From Candidatus Oxydemutatoraceae bacterium (lineage in GTDB: Bacteria; Pseudomonadota; Gammaproteobacteria; Poriferisulfidales; Oxydemutatoraceae): 64,000 bases of DNA. The notes beneath the pieces are model-generated. The model did no database searches and had not been told where the DNA came from. It worked only from the letters and a program-made list of their open reading frames with translations. This document shows positions 60,601-64,000 of this stretch, in pieces. Made by a program: the position numbers and the translations under genes. How positions within the stretch are numbered: the stretch's first letter is position 1; the number at the start of each line of letters is the position of its first letter. The DNA lies in NCBI GenBank assembly GCA_965218975.1, contig OZ244717.1, positions 576,001-640,000 on the forward strand, in the 5' to 3' direction.

Positions 60601-60636
60601 CTTGAGGGAAAGGGGCACAACTTGAGGGAAAAATTA
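60601..60636 (+). repeat. Second copy of the TGAGGGAAA..CACAACTTGAGGG..AAATTA repeat
   Basis: Imperfect direct repeat of 58814-58846; CTTGAGGGAAA recurs at 20-bp spacing. Confidence 0.8.
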
Positions 60637-60650
60637 AAGCCGATTACCCA

Positions 60651-61352
60651 TTACAACGCAATGCCTGTCTCATATACGTGCACCTCTAGCGCAGTGCGAC
60701 GTCCAGGTACCTGCTGTGTTCCTAGGAGTGTTTCGGTCGCGAGAGTGATGAGTTCGCCGCCCAGGAAAGAATAATTATGTACTATTCGGTAAGAAAATGA
60801 ATCTTGCCCTACACTCGGGAGCACCTCCCATTGTGTCGTCCCCCTGTTATGGGTCTGCAAACGGTATAGGAACCATTGATGCAGCCTGTTTACGTCATTG
60901 ACTTCTGGGCGGCTGTCCGGCTCAAATTCGGCGAAAGCGCCAAAGAATAAAGACAATTTCCCCCTTTGGCCGGCAAGTGATCTTGGAACTTCGAGCACAA
61001 AATATTCGGTGTATTCCGTAGTGCCCGCGGATGACCTAGCACCATTAGGGGCGGGGGCTATTGTGGTACTGAACCCATAGCGCGGATTGGAAAACTGTAA
61101 TTCTCCATCCCAAATCATACTGGGGAGATCGGGGTCATACTCGCCTACTGAAATCTCTGATGCAGTGTGGATAGCGGCGAGAGCCAAATAGGTTGTTTTG
61201 GCGGCATCGGAACTGACGATGTTTTCTAGCGCGTTGACTCGCCGCGTAAGCTCCTCCACCCGCTCATCTTGAGTGAACACCGACACTGACCGCGCGATAC
61301 TCAAGCTGATAGGCTTCTGAGGTGTAATTTTAAGCGAGATAGATTGCGTCAT
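60651..61352 (-). CDS. Prophage tail-region hypothetical protein
   Basis: Last gene of a tightly packed minus-strand operon; short coiled coil VEELTRRVNALE then beta-rich domain. Confidence 0.6.
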   Translation of the reverse strand: MTQSISLKITPQKPISLSIARSVSVFTQDERVEELTRRVNALENIVSSDAAKTTYLALAAIHTASEISVGEYDPDLPSMIWDGELQFSNPRYGFSTTIAPAPNGARSSAGTTEYTEYFVLEVPRSLAGQRGKLSLFFGAFAEFEPDSRPEVNDVNRLHQWFLYRLQTHNRGTTQWEVLPSVGQDSFSYRIVHNYSFLGGELITLATETLLGTQQVPGRRTALEVHVYETGIAL

Positions 61353-61355
61353 GAT

Positions 61356-61775
61356 CTACTGAGTAATATCTCCAACCACCTCAAACACCAACGGCGGTTC
61401 ATCTGCTCCGGGCACTGTATACGGTCCGTCGTCGGCGATTCTAACTTCTATATCCGCCAAGAATCGACCCGCTGGCCACTGGCGCGTCTCCTCCGCGGCG
61501 GCGGCAATGATCAGGTTGTTGCCAGCGGCGTCAAGCTCCGACAACCGTGTGATTATGCCATCTGCCGAGAAGTCAAAAATCAAGTCTTTGTTGACCCCCT
61601 TACGCACCTGCATCCGAATCTCGTATGTTTCGTCCAGCACTGCGACCTCGCCACTCAACCCTGACAGTTTAACACGTAGCTCGAACTTGTCGCCCCGCTT
61701 GACGCGGATCACCGGATTACTCATCTTGCTCATCCGTTGGCTCCGCGAACTCAAAACTGCCGTCGGCATACTCAT
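61356..61775 (-). CDS. Prophage tail-region protein (IRVKRGD..ADIEV type)
   Basis: Coupled in the operon; start uncertain. Confidence 0.6.
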   Translation of the reverse strand: MSMPTAVLSSRSQRMSKMSNPVIRVKRGDKFELRVKLSGLSGEVAVLDETYEIRMQVRKGVNKDLIFDFSADGIITRLSELDAAGNNLIIAAAAEETRQWPAGRFLADIEVRIADDGPYTVPGADEPPLVFEVVGDITQ

Positions 61776-61974
61776 GCAGATAATAGCCTCGCCGTGCTAG
61801 TTCTCCCTCCGCCCACGGAAAAGGCGCAGGCAATCGCGCAATCGCCTGAATAACATCTTCTTTGCGCAGATTCACCAACCGTGCGGCGCCAACTTGCTCT
61901 GCTGTCAAAATAGGCTTCTTGGCTTGGTCGCGGCAAATCGCGCCGTCAGCGTGGAGATAAAGGTAAATTTTCAT
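61717..61974 (-). CDS. Prophage hypothetical protein
   Basis: 85-aa ORF coupled to neighbours. Confidence 0.5.
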   Translation of the reverse strand: MKIYLYLHADGAICRDQAKKPILTAEQVGAARLVNLRKEDVIQAIARLPAPFPWAEGELARRGYYLHEYADGSFEFAEPTDEQDE

Positions 61975-62612
61975 GTTACTAAGTAGTAAATGAGCCGTCC
62001 CTCAAATGCCGCTAATTCGGTGTCGCTGGCGCCGGTGATGCTGTCAGGTTGATTGCGTGTCTCTACATTACCCAATGCGTTAGTCGGTAGACTGTACTTC
62101 AATGTCAGATAGTCATCGGTCTCCAGTACTGTCGTCACACTTCTGTAGTCGGTATTGGCCGGACGCCCGAAAGCAAAATAGGCATCGTCGCCAGTGAATC
62201 GGCGCGCGTATAACTGCACCCAGCGAGTATAAAAAGGTCCCTCTAATTGTGATATCGCGCCTTTCGAGACTCTCCGCACATGTCCTTTGCTGTCAACCTC
62301 CACATGCGTAATCGCCTCCCCGGTCGCTGCCACAACGTTGGCAGGTGTCAGCAGTTGATTCGTGTGCTCCAATGTTCGCTCGCCGGCGCTATTGCTAAAA
62401 AGACGCAACGCGGCATCCAAGCCGAACAATTGATCTGCTTTGATTTTGGCGTCGGCATTTAGCGTAGGTATCCCGCTTGCTTGATTCAGCGCCTCAAGCA
62501 ACTCAATGAATCGGTTGGCTAAGTTGAGGAGTTCCGCTCTCGCCAAAGACGGATTATCGCTGGCGGCGTCTAGGTGCCGCTTGAGTATGTCCGCTGGATT
62601 AGGTATCGGCAT
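61971..62612 (-). CDS. Prophage tail fibre-like protein
   Basis: HLDAASDNPSLARAEL, GIPTLNADAKI, VEVDSKGHV fibre-type motifs. Confidence 0.65.
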   Translation of the reverse strand: MPIPNPADILKRHLDAASDNPSLARAELLNLANRFIELLEALNQASGIPTLNADAKIKADQLFGLDAALRLFSNSAGERTLEHTNQLLTPANVVAATGEAITHVEVDSKGHVRRVSKGAISQLEGPFYTRWVQLYARRFTGDDAYFAFGRPANTDYRSVTTVLETDDYLTLKYSLPTNALGNVETRNQPDSITGASDTELAAFEGRLIYYLVT

Positions 62613-64000
62613 CTATGCTTCCTCTTCCAATAGGATAATTTGCAACGACGATAGTACGGCGGGCGATATTCCGTTCGTCATAATTCTCACTTGGAATTGG
62701 AATAGCCGTCCGGTAATTCGTTGATCTTCAGGTATCAATGTCCATTGATTGAAACCGCCCGAGTCGGGGTCAATCACACTGTACTCTAACGTGTAGCCGG
62801 ATTCGCCCGTGATACCGGCCGACAGCAATGCTCTCACTGTTTTCTCAGTGAATACATCAATTAAATTTGTTTCGTATGTAGCTTCTTGCACCGGACTCTG
62901 TCCCCATATTGTCCAGTCAGCCCACGTCTGCGGCGCGGTGCTCCACGTTAGAGATGAGGCGGTATGCAGATCACTGCCGCTGCGCACCAAGTTACCTATG
63001 AAGCCCGGCCATCTCTGCAAATGCTCGTTCGCGAAATAGATCGCCTGCCCGGGCGCGTTTACATTGAGATTAACTGTCTTATAAACGGCGTTTAATGATT
63101 CATTACCCGCGCGATTAACAGCTTTGACTCCAGCCGTATATGTGCCCGGAGGCAGGTGAAATGTTTCATGAGGGCTGGCGGTAATGAGCCCTTGATGCAG
63201 CGGCGTCATTGATTCCCACACACCGTCCAAGCCGATGGCCAACCGTATCTGATAGCCTGCAACATCACCATCGTCTACCTCTCGCCATGAAATTGACGTG
63301 AGTCCTCCCGGGTCTTGGGTGATCATCAGCCCGAACACGTCATCGGGCACAATATCGTTATCTCGGAGCGTAATATTCTGACGCCACGCATGACCTGTAT
63401 TTACGCCTCGTGCCCCCGGTATGATAATAACTGGATATCTACCGGTCTCTTGCGCCGGCACGGTCCACGAGGCACGTGTCGAATTCTCGATGTAGGTGAC
63501 TTGCTCATGAGGGTCACCAACGAACACAGCGGCGGAAAAATAATCGCCACTCACGTCGAAAGCCAACGACAATACACGTTCATACACTCCATTACGGTAT
63601 CGCCATAATTGCGTAACCGAGGTGCCGGTGATTATCGGCGCCTCAAACCGCCGCCGCGCCTGTGCCACAACTGCCGGATTATTTTCTGCCTCATAGTATT
63701 CCGGCAGATAGTCAATACCGGTTAAAGTCGCTTGTCGCTCCTGCGTCCATTGCACACCGGTGATTTTGACTTGTCGGTGCCGGCCGCCCAGCCCAAAGTG
63801 AAAGTGTATATCGTCCGTCTGCCAATCATCGCTGATGCCGACATCAGCCGTATCACCATCTGTAGCGGAGACGGCGGGGGTAATCAGGATCACCTTCGCC
63901 GCATCGCTGCCGGGTCTGGCTTTAAACACCTTGACCGCGCCATTCGGATAAAACAGCGTGAGATACGCTTCTGCTCTGCCGCGAAAATCAACTGTCGCAG
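62613..64000 (-). CDS. Phage host-specificity/central tail fibre protein (lambda J-like, FN3 domains); 5' end outside the window
   Basis: Frame open to the window edge; FN3-like WREVDDGDVAGYQIR, GTYTAGVKAVNRAGNES; GRLFQFQVR. Confidence 0.78.
   Translation of the reverse strand, partial: ATVDFRGRAEAYLTLFYPNGAVKVFKARPGSDAAKVILITPAVSATDGDTADVGISDDWQTDDIHFHFGLGGRHRQVKITGVQWTQERQATLTGIDYLPEYYEAENNPAVVAQARRRFEAPIITGTSVTQLWRYRNGVYERVLSLAFDVSGDYFSAAVFVGDPHEQVTYIENSTRASWTVPAQETGRYPVIIIPGARGVNTGHAWRQNITLRDNDIVPDDVFGLMITQDPGGLTSISWREVDDGDVAGYQIRLAIGLDGVWESMTPLHQGLITASPHETFHLPPGTYTAGVKAVNRAGNESLNAVYKTVNLNVNAPGQAIYFANEHLQRWPGFIGNLVRSGSDLHTASSLTWSTAPQTWADWTIWGQSPVQEATYETNLIDVFTEKTVRALLSAGITGESGYTLEYSVIDPDSGGFNQWTLIPEDQRITGRLFQFQVRIMTNGISPAVLSSLQIILLEEEA

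Overview
Gammaproteobacterial chromosome segment (inferred from gene order and protein style). Housekeeping blocks: ubiB-uvrD, TRAP transporter, thrB/polA, ubiA, aroE-hemB-hemF-tsaC-topA-dprA, def-fmt, argH, algZ/algR-like-hemC-hemD, a group-3-type Mrp Na+/H+ antiporter operon and PQQ-dehydrogenase accessory genes. These are interrupted by mobile or defence-type inserts: nested, decayed IS481-like elements; an intact IS1634-family element with a 433-bp target duplication; a decayed DUF932 plus HATPase-helicase island; an N4/N6-methyltransferase/endonuclease pair; an IS1595 element carrying a compact methyltransferase/endonuclease pair; a truncated-tcmP/DUF5131/UDG-like cassette between repeated transposon-like ends; and the tail end of a prophage. 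The most unusual feature is a 98-bp multi-hairpin unit. It forms a ~1.46-kb higher-order tandem array (10 copies, mostly 316-bp period) inside one IS481-like relic at 49.5-50.9 kb and recurs as a 2-copy cassette inside a different IS481-like transposase at 13.4-13.7 kb, with palindrome-preserving covariation between copies. No CRISPR array, tRNA or rRNA was recognised. All family calls come from motifs read by eye; no database searches were run.
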